Part shown: positions 30,322 to 39,296 of the stretch, one piece after another
How the letters are laid out: each line of letters opens with the position of its first letter
Numbering within the stretch: the stretch's first letter is position 1
Assembly (NCBI GenBank): GCA_001769295.1
Contig: MEOR01000127.1
Location: forward strand, 31,694 to 95,693
DNA length: 64,000 bases
Direction of reading: 5' to 3'
From: Bacteroidetes bacterium GWF2_49_14
Lineage (GTDB): Bacteria; Bacteroidota; Bacteroidia; Bacteroidales; UBA12481
Program-made: the position numbers and the translations under genes
Notes under the pieces: generated by a model
Databases searched by the model: none
The model's input: only the letters and a program-made list of their open reading frames with translations
Told to the model about the DNA's origin: nothing

Positions 30322-32427
30322 CTACAATAAATCCACTCTTCCAAATACTTTTTCCAGCACGTTGATGGCTAATTCTCTTGGGACTTCGTCATAATGGGAA
30401 ACCTCCATGGTTGAACTTGCGCGACCTGAAGTAAGTGTTCTAAGTACCGTCACATACCCGAATTGCTCGGATAACGGAACCGTTGCACTTACTACGCGGC
30501 CTCCGGGCTTGTTTTCCATGCCCGAAATCTGTCCGCGCCTCTTGTTGAGATCGGCAATGATATCTCCTACATATTCTTCAGGGGAAACAACTTCCAATTT
30601 CATAATGGGTTCGAGTAAAACTGGACCCGCAGCTTCGCACCCCTCCCGAAATGCCTTTTGAGCTGCTATTTCAAAGGCAAGCTCATCAGAATCGGTTGGA
30701 TGAAAAGATGCATCGGTGAGGGTAACCTTAATGCTTTTAAGGGGAAATCCAGCCAAAACGCCACTATTGAGCGCATTCTTAAACCCGCGTTCAACAGCAG
30801 CAACAAAAGCTTTGGGGAATTTCTCGGAAAGTTGGCCGGTTATAAAATTCAGTCCTGAACTTTCAGGGGCTGGTTCGATTTTAACCTTGATTTCAGCGAA
30901 AAGCGACCGGCCTCCGCCTTCCTTGCGGAATACTGTATGCTGGAGGATTTCATTTCGAATGGCCTCTTTGTAGGCCACCTGTGGTAATCCCCTGTTAATA
31001 TCGAGTTTGAATTCCCGTCGTAACCGATCCGTTATGATATCAAGGTGTAATTCACCCATTCCGCTGATAACGGTTTGGCCGGACTCTTCGTCTATTCGTG
31101 CTCTGAAGGTTGGATCTTCTTCGATCAGTTTCTGGAGCGCATCTGTAAGCCGGGCAATATCTTCCTGGGTTCTCGCTTCTACGGCGATTCCAAGAACGGG
31201 TTCGGGAAATGTTATTGATTCCAGGAGTATTTTGTGATCATCATCGCAGAGGGTGTCACCGGTACGGATATCTTTCAGCCCTACGGCTGCACAAATATCA
31301 CCGGCCTCTACAAGATCACGGGGGTTCTGCTTATTGGCGTGCATTTGATATAATCGGGTAATCCTTTCTTTCTTTTCGGTTCGCATGTTAAAAACAGTGG
31401 CTCCCGAACGGATTGACCCTGAGTAAACCCTCATGTAGGCAAGACGGCCTACAAACGGGTCAGTTGCAATTTTAAAAGCGAGTGCTGCGAAGGGTGCGTT
31501 AGTATCCGGAGCCCTTGAGATAACCTGGTGTGTTTTAGGATCAAATCCTGAAACCGAACCTACATCTATCGGGCTTGGAAGGAAAGCAGCAATTGCATCT
31601 AGCAGAGGCTGCACACCCTTATTTTTAAATGCCGAGCCACAAAGAACCGGAACAAGTGTCCGGTTGAGAGTAGCTGATCTTAGGGCAGATAAAATTTCAT
31701 TCAATTCAATGGATTCGCCTGATTCAAGAAACTTTTCAAGCAGGTTGTCATCCGTTTCGCAAATAGTCTCAATCAGTTGATTGCGCCATTCAGCAGCCTG
31801 TTCCGTCAGATCTGCCGGTATCGGGCAGATTTCCGGATGTGCACCTAAAATGTCGCCATCTGGCCAAATCAAAGCTTGGTTGCGAAGGAGGTCAATCACC
31901 CCTGAAAATTTGTCTTCCGTTCCGATAGGTAACTGAAGTGGTACTGGCTTTGCACCCAGCTTATCCTTCATTTCATTCAGAACCGAGAAAAAATCAGCTC
32001 CGGGTCGATCCATCTTGTTGATGAAAGCAATCCGTGGAACCTTATATTTATCGGCCTGATGCCATACGGTTTCAGACTGTGGCTCGACACCGCCAACTCC
32101 GCAGAAAACCGCGATAGCTCCGTCGAGGACCCTGAGTGAACGTTCAACTTCCACGGTGAAATCGACATGGCCGGGGGTGTCAATAATATTAATCTTAAAG
32201 TTATCCCCGCCAAAGTTCCACCAGGTTGTTGTTGCAGCGGAAGTAATGGTGATACCCCGTTCCTGCTCCTGAATCATCCAATCCATTGTAGCAGCACCGT
32301 CATGAACTTCCCCCATCCGGTGATTTACACCGGTATAAAACAGAATCCTCTCGGTAGTGGTGGTTTTCCCCGCATCAATGTGGGCCATTATACCGATGTT
32401 CCTGGTATAAGAGAGATCTGGTGCCAT
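30322..32427 (-). CDS. fusA: elongation factor G (canonical, str-operon copy)
   Basis: 701 aa. G1 AHIDAGKTT, switch [11 protein letters not shown]4 NKMD. Located between rpsG and rpsJ. Confidence 0.97.
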   Translation of the reverse strand: MAPDLSYTRNIGIMAHIDAGKTTTTERILFYTGVNHRMGEVHDGAATMDWMIQEQERGITITSAATTTWWNFGGDNFKINIIDTPGHVDFTVEVERSLRVLDGAIAVFCGVGGVEPQSETVWHQADKYKVPRIAFINKMDRPGADFFSVLNEMKDKLGAKPVPLQLPIGTEDKFSGVIDLLRNQALIWPDGDILGAHPEICPIPADLTEQAAEWRNQLIETICETDDNLLEKFLESGESIELNEILSALRSATLNRTLVPVLCGSAFKNKGVQPLLDAIAAFLPSPIDVGSVSGFDPKTHQVISRAPDTNAPFAALAFKIATDPFVGRLAYMRVYSGSIRSGATVFNMRTEKKERITRLYQMHANKQNPRDLVEAGDICAAVGLKDIRTGDTLCDDDHKILLESITFPEPVLGIAVEARTQEDIARLTDALQKLIEEDPTFRARIDEESGQTVISGMGELHLDIITDRLRREFKLDINRGLPQVAYKEAIRNEILQHTVFRKEGGGRSLFAEIKVKIEPAPESSGLNFITGQLSEKFPKAFVAAVERGFKNALNSGVLAGFPLKSIKVTLTDASFHPTDSDELAFEIAAQKAFREGCEAAGPVLLEPIMKLEVVSPEEYVGDIIADLNKRRGQISGMENKPGGRVVSATVPLSEQFGYVTVLRTLTSGRASSTMEVSHYDEVPRELAINVLEKVFGRVDLL

Positions 32428-32455
32428 CCCAACGTGTCAAAGAACTGTGCTCCGG

Positions 32456-32932
32456 TTAAAACCGGAAATGCGCGAATGCCCGGTTTGCTTCGGCCATTCT
32501 GTGCGTATCTTCCTTTTTCTTGAAGGCTGCGCCTTCTTCATTAAATGCTGCAACAATTTCAGCAGCGAGTTTCTCACTCATCGAACGGCCGGAACGCTTT
32601 CTGGCGTATTCGATCAGGTTTTTGTTACCAATTGAAATTTTACGATCAGGCCTGATTTCCATTGGTACCTGGAAAGTCGCCCCACCCACCCGGCGGCTTT
32701 TAACCTCAACGGCGGGAGTAATATTTTCAAGTGATTTTTTCCAAACATCCAGTGCGGACAATCCGCTTTCCTGGGTTTTCTTGCCAACCAATTCCAGCGC
32801 TTCGTAAAAAGTTGCAAAAGCAACACTCTTTTTTCCGCTGTACATAAGGTCATTGACAAAGCGGGTCACCCTGACATCACCAAATTTGGGGTCAGGAAGG
32901 ACAATGTTCTTTTTGGCTCTCGCTTTTCTCAT
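32456..32932 (-). CDS. rpsG: 30S ribosomal protein S7
   Basis: 158 aa. [19 protein letters not shown]. Confidence 0.97.
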   Translation of the reverse strand: MRKARAKKNIVLPDPKFGDVRVTRFVNDLMYSGKKSVAFATFYEALELVGKKTQESGLSALDVWKKSLENITPAVEVKSRRVGGATFQVPMEIRPDRKISIGNKNLIEYARKRSGRSMSEKLAAEIVAAFNEEGAAFKKKEDTHRMAEANRAFAHFRF

Positions 32933-32956
32933 GGATAATCTGCTTTGAGTAACCGG

Positions 32957-33331
32957 TTATTTTTTCGGCCGTTTGGCTCCGTATTTTGACCTTCTCTGTT
33001 TGCGACCGTCAACTCCGGCTGCATCAAGCGTACCGCGAACCATATGGTAACGAACGCCTGGAAGGTCTTTCACCCTTCCGCCGCGAACGAGCACAATTGA
33101 GTGCTCTTGCAGATTGTGCCCTTCACCCGGAATATAAACGTTAACTTCTTTTTGGTTGGTTAGCCTGACTCTGGCAACTTTCCTCATGGCTGAGTTCGGC
33201 TTTTTCGGGGTAGTTGTATAAACCCTGACACAAACACCTCTCCGCTGCGGACATGAATCCAGGGCAGGAGCTTTGCTCTTGTCATTCTTACTGGTTCTAC
33301 CTTTTCTTACTAACTGCTGTATCGTAGGCAT
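32957..33331 (-). CDS. rpsL: 30S ribosomal protein S12
   Basis: 124 aa. [12 protein letters not shown]..., [25 protein letters not shown]. Confidence 0.97.
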   Translation of the reverse strand: MPTIQQLVRKGRTSKNDKSKAPALDSCPQRRGVCVRVYTTTPKKPNSAMRKVARVRLTNQKEVNVYIPGEGHNLQEHSIVLVRGGRVKDLPGVRYHMVRGTLDAAGVDGRKQRRSKYGAKRPKK

Positions 33332-33377
33332 TATGAACTGTTTTATAAACCCTTTTTTTTGTTAACAAAATGGTGTG

Positions 33378-33385
33378 CAAAGGTA
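33378..33385 (-). promoter_or_regulatory. candidate -7 promoter box (TACCTTTG on minus strand) for the rpsL-led ribosomal supercluster
   Basis: Plus-strand CAAAGGTA is an exact TAnnTTTG on the minus strand, 46 nt upstream of the rpsL ATG and just downstream of the neighbouring gene's terminator. Confidence 0.45.
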
Positions 33386-33425
33386 AAAGTATTTTTCAAA
33401 AAAACGAACACCTCCGCAAGAAATC

Positions 33426-33452
33426 AAAAAAAAATCCCGGTTGCCCGGGATT
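33426..33452 (-). terminator. rho-independent terminator of the 157-aa secreted-protein gene
   Basis: Plus strand AAAAAAAAATCCCGGTTGCCCGGGAT. On the minus strand this is stem ATCCCGG/CCGGGAT with a 4-nt loop, followed by a 9-T run. Confidence 0.65.
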
Positions 33453-33480
33453 TCCCTATTCCTTTGGACCCTCAAGTCTA

Positions 33481-33954
33481 TTATGGCCACCTGACTACGA
33501 TCACTGTTTCATCCGGATCAATAGGCCCTCTGGTGGTACTACTGTACAGGGCTTCTCTCTGTACAACCACACCGCGATCCCTGGTCTTGATGTAAATATA
33601 GGTTTTGAATTCAAACGGAAGGTCAAACTCTCGCAATGAGATAAAGAACCAACTTGCGCCATTATCCCTGAAACTATAGAGATCTTTTATCTCTGCGACC
33701 TTTCGGCCTTCCAAATCCGTAATTACTATGCGATTCACACAGGCTTTCGAACCATGATCTGAAAGAACGCCAAAGGTGAGATAATCCCATGAACCGTTAT
33801 TCCCCAAATCAAGAATCTGTCCCTTTATTATGGTGTAGGTTCCGGTAGCTGTTCTGTTGCCGTCATCACTTCGCGATGCAGTCACAACCGGGCCCAGCAT
33901 CAGCAGAGCAAAAATCCATGCAAAAACGATTTTAATCTTCATGGCGCGAATCAT
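33481..33954 (-). CDS. hypothetical secreted protein (no recognisable family)
   Basis: 157 aa (or 153 aa from ATG 33942). Signal peptide MKIKIVFAWIFALLMLGPVVTA, beta-strand-like alternating pattern, own terminator. Divergent from the CHAT gene. Confidence 0.6.
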   Translation of the reverse strand: MIRAMKIKIVFAWIFALLMLGPVVTASRSDDGNRTATGTYTIIKGQILDLGNNGSWDYLTFGVLSDHGSKACVNRIVITDLEGRKVAEIKDLYSFRDNGASWFFISLREFDLPFEFKTYIYIKTRDRGVVVQREALYSSTTRGPIDPDETVIVVRWP

Positions 33955-34100
33955 TTATATTCAATAGTAATAATAATCTCTATACCTTAATCCTAATTTT
34001 GCCACTAAAGTAACCCTATCTTATGGAAAAAAATAGCTTGTGCAGCTACTTTTTGACCAAATGCCCAAAACTGTATCTAAACTTAAGTCCTTGTATTAAG

Positions 34101-34108
34101 TATCTTTG
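34101..34108 (+). promoter_or_regulatory. candidate -7 promoter box (TATCTTTG) for the TPR-CHAT gene
   Basis: Exact TAnnTTTG ending 6 nt before ATG 34115. A second exact box, TAATTTTG, lies at 33994-34001. Confidence 0.4.
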
Positions 34109-34114
34109 CTAAAC

Positions 34115-36985
34115 ATGACTGCCAAGATCACCTTATATATTGTTCTGATTAGCATACTAATCACCAGATACGGGGACGGATTGCATTCGGCGAGTGCAGA
34201 ACAGCAAATTTCCTATCAACCTTCACCAGATATTATCAAACTGCTGCTGGAAGGAAAACGTCCGGAGGCAGCCAGGAATCTGAATAACAGACTTTTAACA
34301 GAATCCAGGGAGGGGAATCGCAATTCAACCCGGGATTGGCTTTCCTGTGCAGTTTTCTGGTATTTGGGAGATTCCACCGGATTGGCCCAGCAGGCATATA
34401 ATATATATAAGGATTCAAAAGGTGTATTACCGGAATCCGCTGACCAACTTGCCGACAGGGCGCTTTGCTATGCCATACGGTTGGCTTCGGAGACTAAATA
34501 TAAAAGTGCCTGCGATACCCTGGTCAATTCAATTTCGATCAGGCCTATGAAAACCATGTATGACAGTCTTATGGTTGCTGAGTCTTTCAGGTGCCTGGGA
34601 AGATATTACAAGAAAACGGGCGATGGTCATGAGTCTTTGAGGTTCTTCGAGAGATCTTTGGAAATAAACCGTAAAATGAATCGTGACTATTGCACTGCTG
34701 ATGATCTCACCAACATGAGCAGTGTGCTTTTTACGATCAATAAGAAAAACCCGCTTGCTGATTCTTCACTTCAGGAGGCACTTGACATATTTACCAGGAT
34801 CAATGACCTGCCAGCCATTTCCAATGTGTATAATGAGATGGGAGTTCTGGAAGTAGGAAGGGACTCCATGAATCAAGGATTGCTTTACTTTCTGAAATCT
34901 CTGGCTGTTAAGAATTCAATTCCAAATTACAAGAAATCTGAGGCTATTACTGTATTGAATAACCTTGGATCCGTCTACTACTATAAATACCATAATGAAA
35001 AACCCCAAAAAGTAAAATATATTGACAGTTCGGGCATATATTATAAAAGGGCGCTGGGATACGTTAAAGAGACCAGCCTGAATCCGGCTCCGTATTATAT
35101 TAATATAGGCATCAACTTTTCAGTTAAGAAAGACTTTGACCGGTGCATAGATTACTTTCAGCTCGCATTGGCCAGCCTGGATCCGGATTGTAATCCAAAC
35201 GACCCTGATTCCAACCCTCATGTAAATGCCGCTTCACCGCGTTTGGCTGATTACACTTCATACAAAGCACATGCATTTGACAAGAGATACCGGGAGTACC
35301 ATGATATCCGGGATCTTAAGAAAGGGCTTGAAACCTATCTGATTTCACTGGACATGATGGATACACTGCGATACCTGTACTCTTTCGATAGTAAACCCTT
35401 GTTGGGGAAAGAGTTCAAAATTCACTTCTTTCAAGCCCTTGAGATGGCACTTGATATATATAAGGAGACCGCAGACCCCAGGTATCTTGATCAGGCTTTC
35501 CAGCTTTCCGGCCGCAACAAGGCAGCCACCCTCAATGAATTCATCAGGTTGAACGCTGCAAGAAAGTATTTCACAGGTAGTGGGACCTGGCTTATGAAAG
35601 AGGACAGCTTGAAAATCAAGATAAACGACTTACAGTCTCAGAGGATCGCCCAAGATGAAAGTGGTGAATATTCCGAATCAGAAAGGAATCTGCTAAACCA
35701 ATCTATAACAAGGCTTACGGATGAGCTAAGATCCTTACAAATACGCATAAGGAGGGAAAACCCGGATTTTTACCAGATGATCTATTCCAACCGGGGCTAT
35801 TCTCTTGATTCCATCCGGGAGACTCTCCAATCAGGTGAGGCACTCCTGGACTACACCATGATCAATGATCAGAATTTGATCGTCTTTCTATTAACCAAAG
35901 ATACTCTAGCCTACCTGCGGGAAAAGGTTCCTCCCGGTTTTCCGGATATTGTGAAAAAGTTCAGGGATGGGATGTCGTATAAAGTCAGCACGGCCATTTT
36001 TAACAACTACATATCCATTGCTTCTCATTTGTTCAATGTACTCGTGGCGAAGATCCGTATTCCTGATTCCATTAACAAGCTAATCATTCTTCCTGACGAG
36101 CAAATTGGTTTTCTTCCATTTGAAGCCCTTGTTACAGATACGGTCAAGCCAAAAATATCGGATTTCAGCCGATTGAATTATCTCAACCGGAAATACGCCA
36201 TCAGTTATATTTCTTCACATGAACAGCTTTACAGAGTCAGGCGTAATGAGCAGAAAATAGAATTCAGCAGTATTGATGCCTACGCACCCTTTACCGAATA
36301 TGGTATCCGTTTAGGGCAACAGGACTTGCCAACTCTAAAGTACTCCAAAGAAGAGATGAGATTGATAGCCAAGGAGTTTAAAACACAACAGATTAAAGGG
36401 AAGCGGGCGAGTGAAGAAAATTTGCTACGTTCCCTTACCACCAGGAAGATTGTACATATTTCCACTCATGGCGTTCTGAATCTGGAGAATCCTGTAGAAT
36501 CCCGCCTTTTACTGAATCCATCAAGGACTGATGGGAATTTTTATCTATTTGAGATGTTTTCCCTCAAGATTGAATCACCGCTTATAATTTTAAATGCTTG
36601 CAATACCGCAATCGGGGATCACCAGCCGGGTGAAGGAATCATGAGCATGGCAAGGGGATTCCAATTTGCCGGGGCTTCCTCTCTGATTACCACGCTATGG
36701 CCGATTGACGACCGGGCATCAGCCCGCATTTCAAGCCTTTTCTACAAGAATCTGCGAAAGGGGATGGATCGGAGGGAGGCACTTCAATCCGCAAAGAATA
36801 ACTATCTGGATGAGTCGCCGATGAATTTATCCTCGCCCTTTTTCTGGGCTTCACTCGTCCTCTTCGGCGACACGGAAAAACTTACCACTGACAACGGCCT
36901 TTCCAAAATGTATTTGCCAGCTGGTTTAATTCTGTTAAGTACCCTGATCTTTGGCCTTTGGTTGTACCGGAAAAAGAGGCGCTAA
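34115..36985 (+). CDS. TPR-repeat / CHAT-domain (caspase-fold) peptidase with N-terminal signal peptide and C-terminal transmembrane anchor
   Basis: About 956 aa. N-terminus MTAKITLYIVLISILITRYGDGLHSASA. TPR-like helical repeats through the first ~450 aa. CHAT His/Cys dyad KIVHISTHG (His codon 36467-36469) and LIILNACNTA (Cys codon 36599-36601). C-terminus MYLPAGLILLSTLIFGLWLYRKKRR. Confidence 0.85.
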   Translation: MTAKITLYIVLISILITRYGDGLHSASAEQQISYQPSPDIIKLLLEGKRPEAARNLNNRLLTESREGNRNSTRDWLSCAVFWYLGDSTGLAQQAYNIYKDSKGVLPESADQLADRALCYAIRLASETKYKSACDTLVNSISIRPMKTMYDSLMVAESFRCLGRYYKKTGDGHESLRFFERSLEINRKMNRDYCTADDLTNMSSVLFTINKKNPLADSSLQEALDIFTRINDLPAISNVYNEMGVLEVGRDSMNQGLLYFLKSLAVKNSIPNYKKSEAITVLNNLGSVYYYKYHNEKPQKVKYIDSSGIYYKRALGYVKETSLNPAPYYINIGINFSVKKDFDRCIDYFQLALASLDPDCNPNDPDSNPHVNAASPRLADYTSYKAHAFDKRYREYHDIRDLKKGLETYLISLDMMDTLRYLYSFDSKPLLGKEFKIHFFQALEMALDIYKETADPRYLDQAFQLSGRNKAATLNEFIRLNAARKYFTGSGTWLMKEDSLKIKINDLQSQRIAQDESGEYSESERNLLNQSITRLTDELRSLQIRIRRENPDFYQMIYSNRGYSLDSIRETLQSGEALLDYTMINDQNLIVFLLTKDTLAYLREKVPPGFPDIVKKFRDGMSYKVSTAIFNNYISIASHLFNVLVAKIRIPDSINKLIILPDEQIGFLPFEALVTDTVKPKISDFSRLNYLNRKYAISYISSHEQLYRVRRNEQKIEFSSIDAYAPFTEYGIRLGQQDLPTLKYSKEEMRLIAKEFKTQQIKGKRASEENLLRSLTTRKIVHISTHGVLNLENPVESRLLLNPSRTDGNFYLFEMFSLKIESPLIILNACNTAIGDHQPGEGIMSMARGFQFAGASSLITTLWPIDDRASARISSLFYKNLRKGMDRREALQSAKNNYLDESPMNLSSPFFWASLVLFGDTEKLTTDNGLSKMYLPAGLILLSTLIFGLWLYRKKRR

Positions 36986-37020
36986 AGAGTTTCGGTTCTT
37001 GAAGAATATAAAAAAAATCT

Positions 37021-37028
37021 TAGCTTTG
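37021..37028 (+). promoter_or_regulatory. candidate promoter (-7 TAGCTTTG with TTG 19 nt upstream) for the EF-G paralog
   Basis: Exact TAnnTTTG at 37021-37028. TTG at 36999-37001 gives the canonical ~19-nt spacing. 58 nt upstream of the ATG. Confidence 0.5.
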
Positions 37029-37086
37029 CACACCAAATTTAAGACGAGCTAGTTATCTCATCAATTTACCAGAAATTAAGGGAGTT

Positions 37087-39237
37087 ATGAAAGTTTACCA
37101 AACGAATCAGATACGGAATCTTGCCTTGCTGGGAAATTCCGGATCAGGAAAGACCACCCTTGCTGAGTCTCTCCTCTTTGACGGAGGGGTTATTAGCAGA
37201 CGGGGTGAAGTGACGAGCAAGAATACAGTATCGGATTGCAATGAAATTGAACATGAAAGGGGGAATTCTGTTTACTCCTCAGTTCTGTACACCGAATACA
37301 AGGATCATAAAATCAATTTTATCGACACCCCAGGAGCCGACGATTTTGTTGGTGCCACGGTTGCAGCACTTAGTGCCGTTGACTTCGCAGTGGTTCTGAT
37401 TAATGCTCAAAATGGTGTTGAAACGGGAACAGAATCCCTGATGAGATATACCGACAAACATCAGAAACCGGTCATATTTGTTGTTAACCAGCTTGATCAT
37501 GAAAAATCGCATTTTGACAAAGCGGTTGATAGTGCCAAAGAGGCATTCGGTCAAAAGGTTGTAGTTATCCAGTATCCTGTTAATGAAGGCAGCGGTTTTG
37601 ACACCGTCATTGATGTAATACGCAAAAAGGCAATCAAATATCCTGTTGGCGGCGGGAACGCAGTAGAATCCGAATTGCCGGCATCGGAAATAGCAAAGGT
37701 TGAATCTCTTTATGCCCGCTTGGTTGAAATTGCCGCGGAAGCAGACGAGAACCTTATGGAATTGTTCTTTGCCAATGACACCCTAACCGAGGAAGAAATG
37801 AAGGAAGGCCTGAAGAAGGGCATTCGTGAACGAGGGATTTTCCCGGTATTATGCATTTCAGCAAAGAACCTTCAGGGCACCCAGCGCCTGTGTGATTTTC
37901 TGGTCAATTATGCTCCGGGGCCCGATTTCTCCGTTTACAAAACCACAAAGGGAGCTGAGATCAAACTCAATCCGGCAGGTCCGAATGTTGCTTTCGTGTT
38001 CAAGACTTTTAATGAACAGCACCTTGGCGATATCAATTATTTCAGGGTAATCTCGGGAAAACTCACGGAGGGTCTTGATGTGCTTAACCTTAACACGGGA
38101 GCGAAAGAAAGGATCTCTCAGTTATTCGTGATTGCAGGAAAGAACCGCCAGAAAGTAGACACCATGGTAGCCGGGGATATTGGCGGAACCGTTAAACTCA
38201 AGGATACCAGAACCTTCACAACGCTGGCAGACAAGAACTTCGATGCTCCGGTTAAGCCCATTGAAATGCCTGAGCCGAAATATCGTGCAGCCATTAAAGC
38301 CAAAGAGGAATCAGACGACGAAAAACTGGGTGAAGCTCTGCACCGACTACATGAGGAGGATCCCTCACTCCGGGTTGAATATTCAAAGGAATTAAAGCAG
38401 ATTATTCTTCACGGACAAGGTGAATACCACCTCAATATCGTAAAATGGCTGCTTGATAATATTCATAAAATTCAAACCGAATATCTGCCCCCAAGAATAC
38501 CTTACCGCGAGACTATCACGAAGGTTGCTTCTGCAATGTACCGCCACAAGAAACAATCGGGCGGTTCAGGGCAGTTCGGTGAGGTACATATGATTATCGA
38601 GCCTCATGAAGAGGGATCACCTGAAAGAAACACTTTCAAGGTTGACGGAAAGGACCTGGTTCTCTCTCTCAGGAATAAAGAAGAAATCCTTTTGGATTGG
38701 GGAGGGAAGCTGGTTTATTATAACTGCATTGTTGGCGGTTCGATTGATGCCAGGTTCATGCCGGCCATTCAGAAAGGCCTCATGGAGAAATTGGAAAACG
38801 GTCCGCTTACCGGTTCTTATGCCCGTGATATCCGGGTCTATGTGTATGACGGTAAGATGCACCCGGTTGATTCCAATGAGATTTCCTTCCGTCTTGCAGG
38901 TGCAAAGGCATTTGCTGAGGCCTTCAGGAAAGCTGGTCCGAAGATCCTGGAACCGATTTACGAGGTTGAGGTACTTGTACCGGGAGACAGGATGGGTGAT
39001 GTGATGAGCGACCTGCAGGGCCGCCGCGCCATGATTCAGGGCATGGATTCATTAGGTCGGTATGAGAAACTCAGGGTTAAGGTTCCGCTGGCTGAAATGA
39101 ACAAATATTCCACGTCCTTAAGCTCTCTGACTAACGGCCGTGCGACATACAGCATGAAGTTCAGTGAATACGCGCTTTGCCCGCCGGATGTTCAGGATAA
39201 ACTCCAGGCTGCATATACCGCGGATGAGGATGAATAG
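37087..39237 (+). CDS. elongation factor G paralog (EF-G2/EFG-II-like) with degenerate GTPase motifs
   Basis: 716 aa, full five-domain length. G1 GNSGSGKTT, switch II DTPGADDF (Ala codon 37336-37338 where EF-G has His), G4 NQLD, domain IV loop HKKQSGGSGQFG. Monocistronic, with its own promoter and terminator. Confidence 0.9.
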   Translation: MKVYQTNQIRNLALLGNSGSGKTTLAESLLFDGGVISRRGEVTSKNTVSDCNEIEHERGNSVYSSVLYTEYKDHKINFIDTPGADDFVGATVAALSAVDFAVVLINAQNGVETGTESLMRYTDKHQKPVIFVVNQLDHEKSHFDKAVDSAKEAFGQKVVVIQYPVNEGSGFDTVIDVIRKKAIKYPVGGGNAVESELPASEIAKVESLYARLVEIAAEADENLMELFFANDTLTEEEMKEGLKKGIRERGIFPVLCISAKNLQGTQRLCDFLVNYAPGPDFSVYKTTKGAEIKLNPAGPNVAFVFKTFNEQHLGDINYFRVISGKLTEGLDVLNLNTGAKERISQLFVIAGKNRQKVDTMVAGDIGGTVKLKDTRTFTTLADKNFDAPVKPIEMPEPKYRAAIKAKEESDDEKLGEALHRLHEEDPSLRVEYSKELKQIILHGQGEYHLNIVKWLLDNIHKIQTEYLPPRIPYRETITKVASAMYRHKKQSGGSGQFGEVHMIIEPHEEGSPERNTFKVDGKDLVLSLRNKEEILLDWGGKLVYYNCIVGGSIDARFMPAIQKGLMEKLENGPLTGSYARDIRVYVYDGKMHPVDSNEISFRLAGAKAFAEAFRKAGPKILEPIYEVEVLVPGDRMGDVMSDLQGRRAMIQGMDSLGRYEKLRVKVPLAEMNKYSTSLSSLTNGRATYSMKFSEYALCPPDVQDKLQAAYTADEDE

Positions 39238-39257
39238 GTAGACGGAAAATCGGGATT

Positions 39258-39296
39258 AAACCTGTCAGCTTTTTAAAAGCTGACAGGTTTTTTTTA
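39258..39296. terminator. bidirectional rho-independent terminator shared by the convergent EF-G paralog and T9SS cargo genes
   Basis: AAACCTGTCAGC (39258-39269) / GCTGACAGGTTT (39279-39290), a 12-bp stem with a 9-nt AT loop. A T-run follows on the plus strand and the stem begins with AAA, so it can serve both strands. Confidence 0.75.

Noticed and set aside
33998-34010. 13-mer TTTGCCACTAAAG repeated at 43044-43056, both directly following a TAnnTTTG box
   Set aside because: For a 64-kb window, tens of exact 13-mer repeats are expected by chance (about N^2/2 divided by 4^13). Part of the match is the promoter consensus itself, so this is insufficient evidence for a shared regulatory element.
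33955-34114. Gene-orientation switch (minus-strand genes 13.5-34 kb, mostly plus-strand genes 34-57 kb) resembling divergence from a replication origin
   Set aside because: There is no dnaA gene, no cluster of TTATCCACA DnaA boxes and no AT-rich unwinding repeat set in the spacer. Only isolated 8/9 matches occur, inside coding regions (for example 43194-43202). GC skew was not computed.
34115-36985. CHAT protease as part of a CRISPR type III-E (Csx29-like) or gasdermin-type defence module
   Set aside because: No cas/gRAMP gene, CRISPR array, gasdermin-sized partner or NTPase sensor is adjacent. The predicted periplasmic topology (signal peptide plus C-terminal anchor) is incompatible with those cytoplasmic systems.
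37078-37084. Shine-Dalgarno-like AAGGGAG upstream of the EF-G paralog
   Set aside because: It ends only 2 nt before the ATG, too close for SD-antiSD pairing geometry. Bacteroidota generally do not use SD-led initiation, so it is probably fortuitous.
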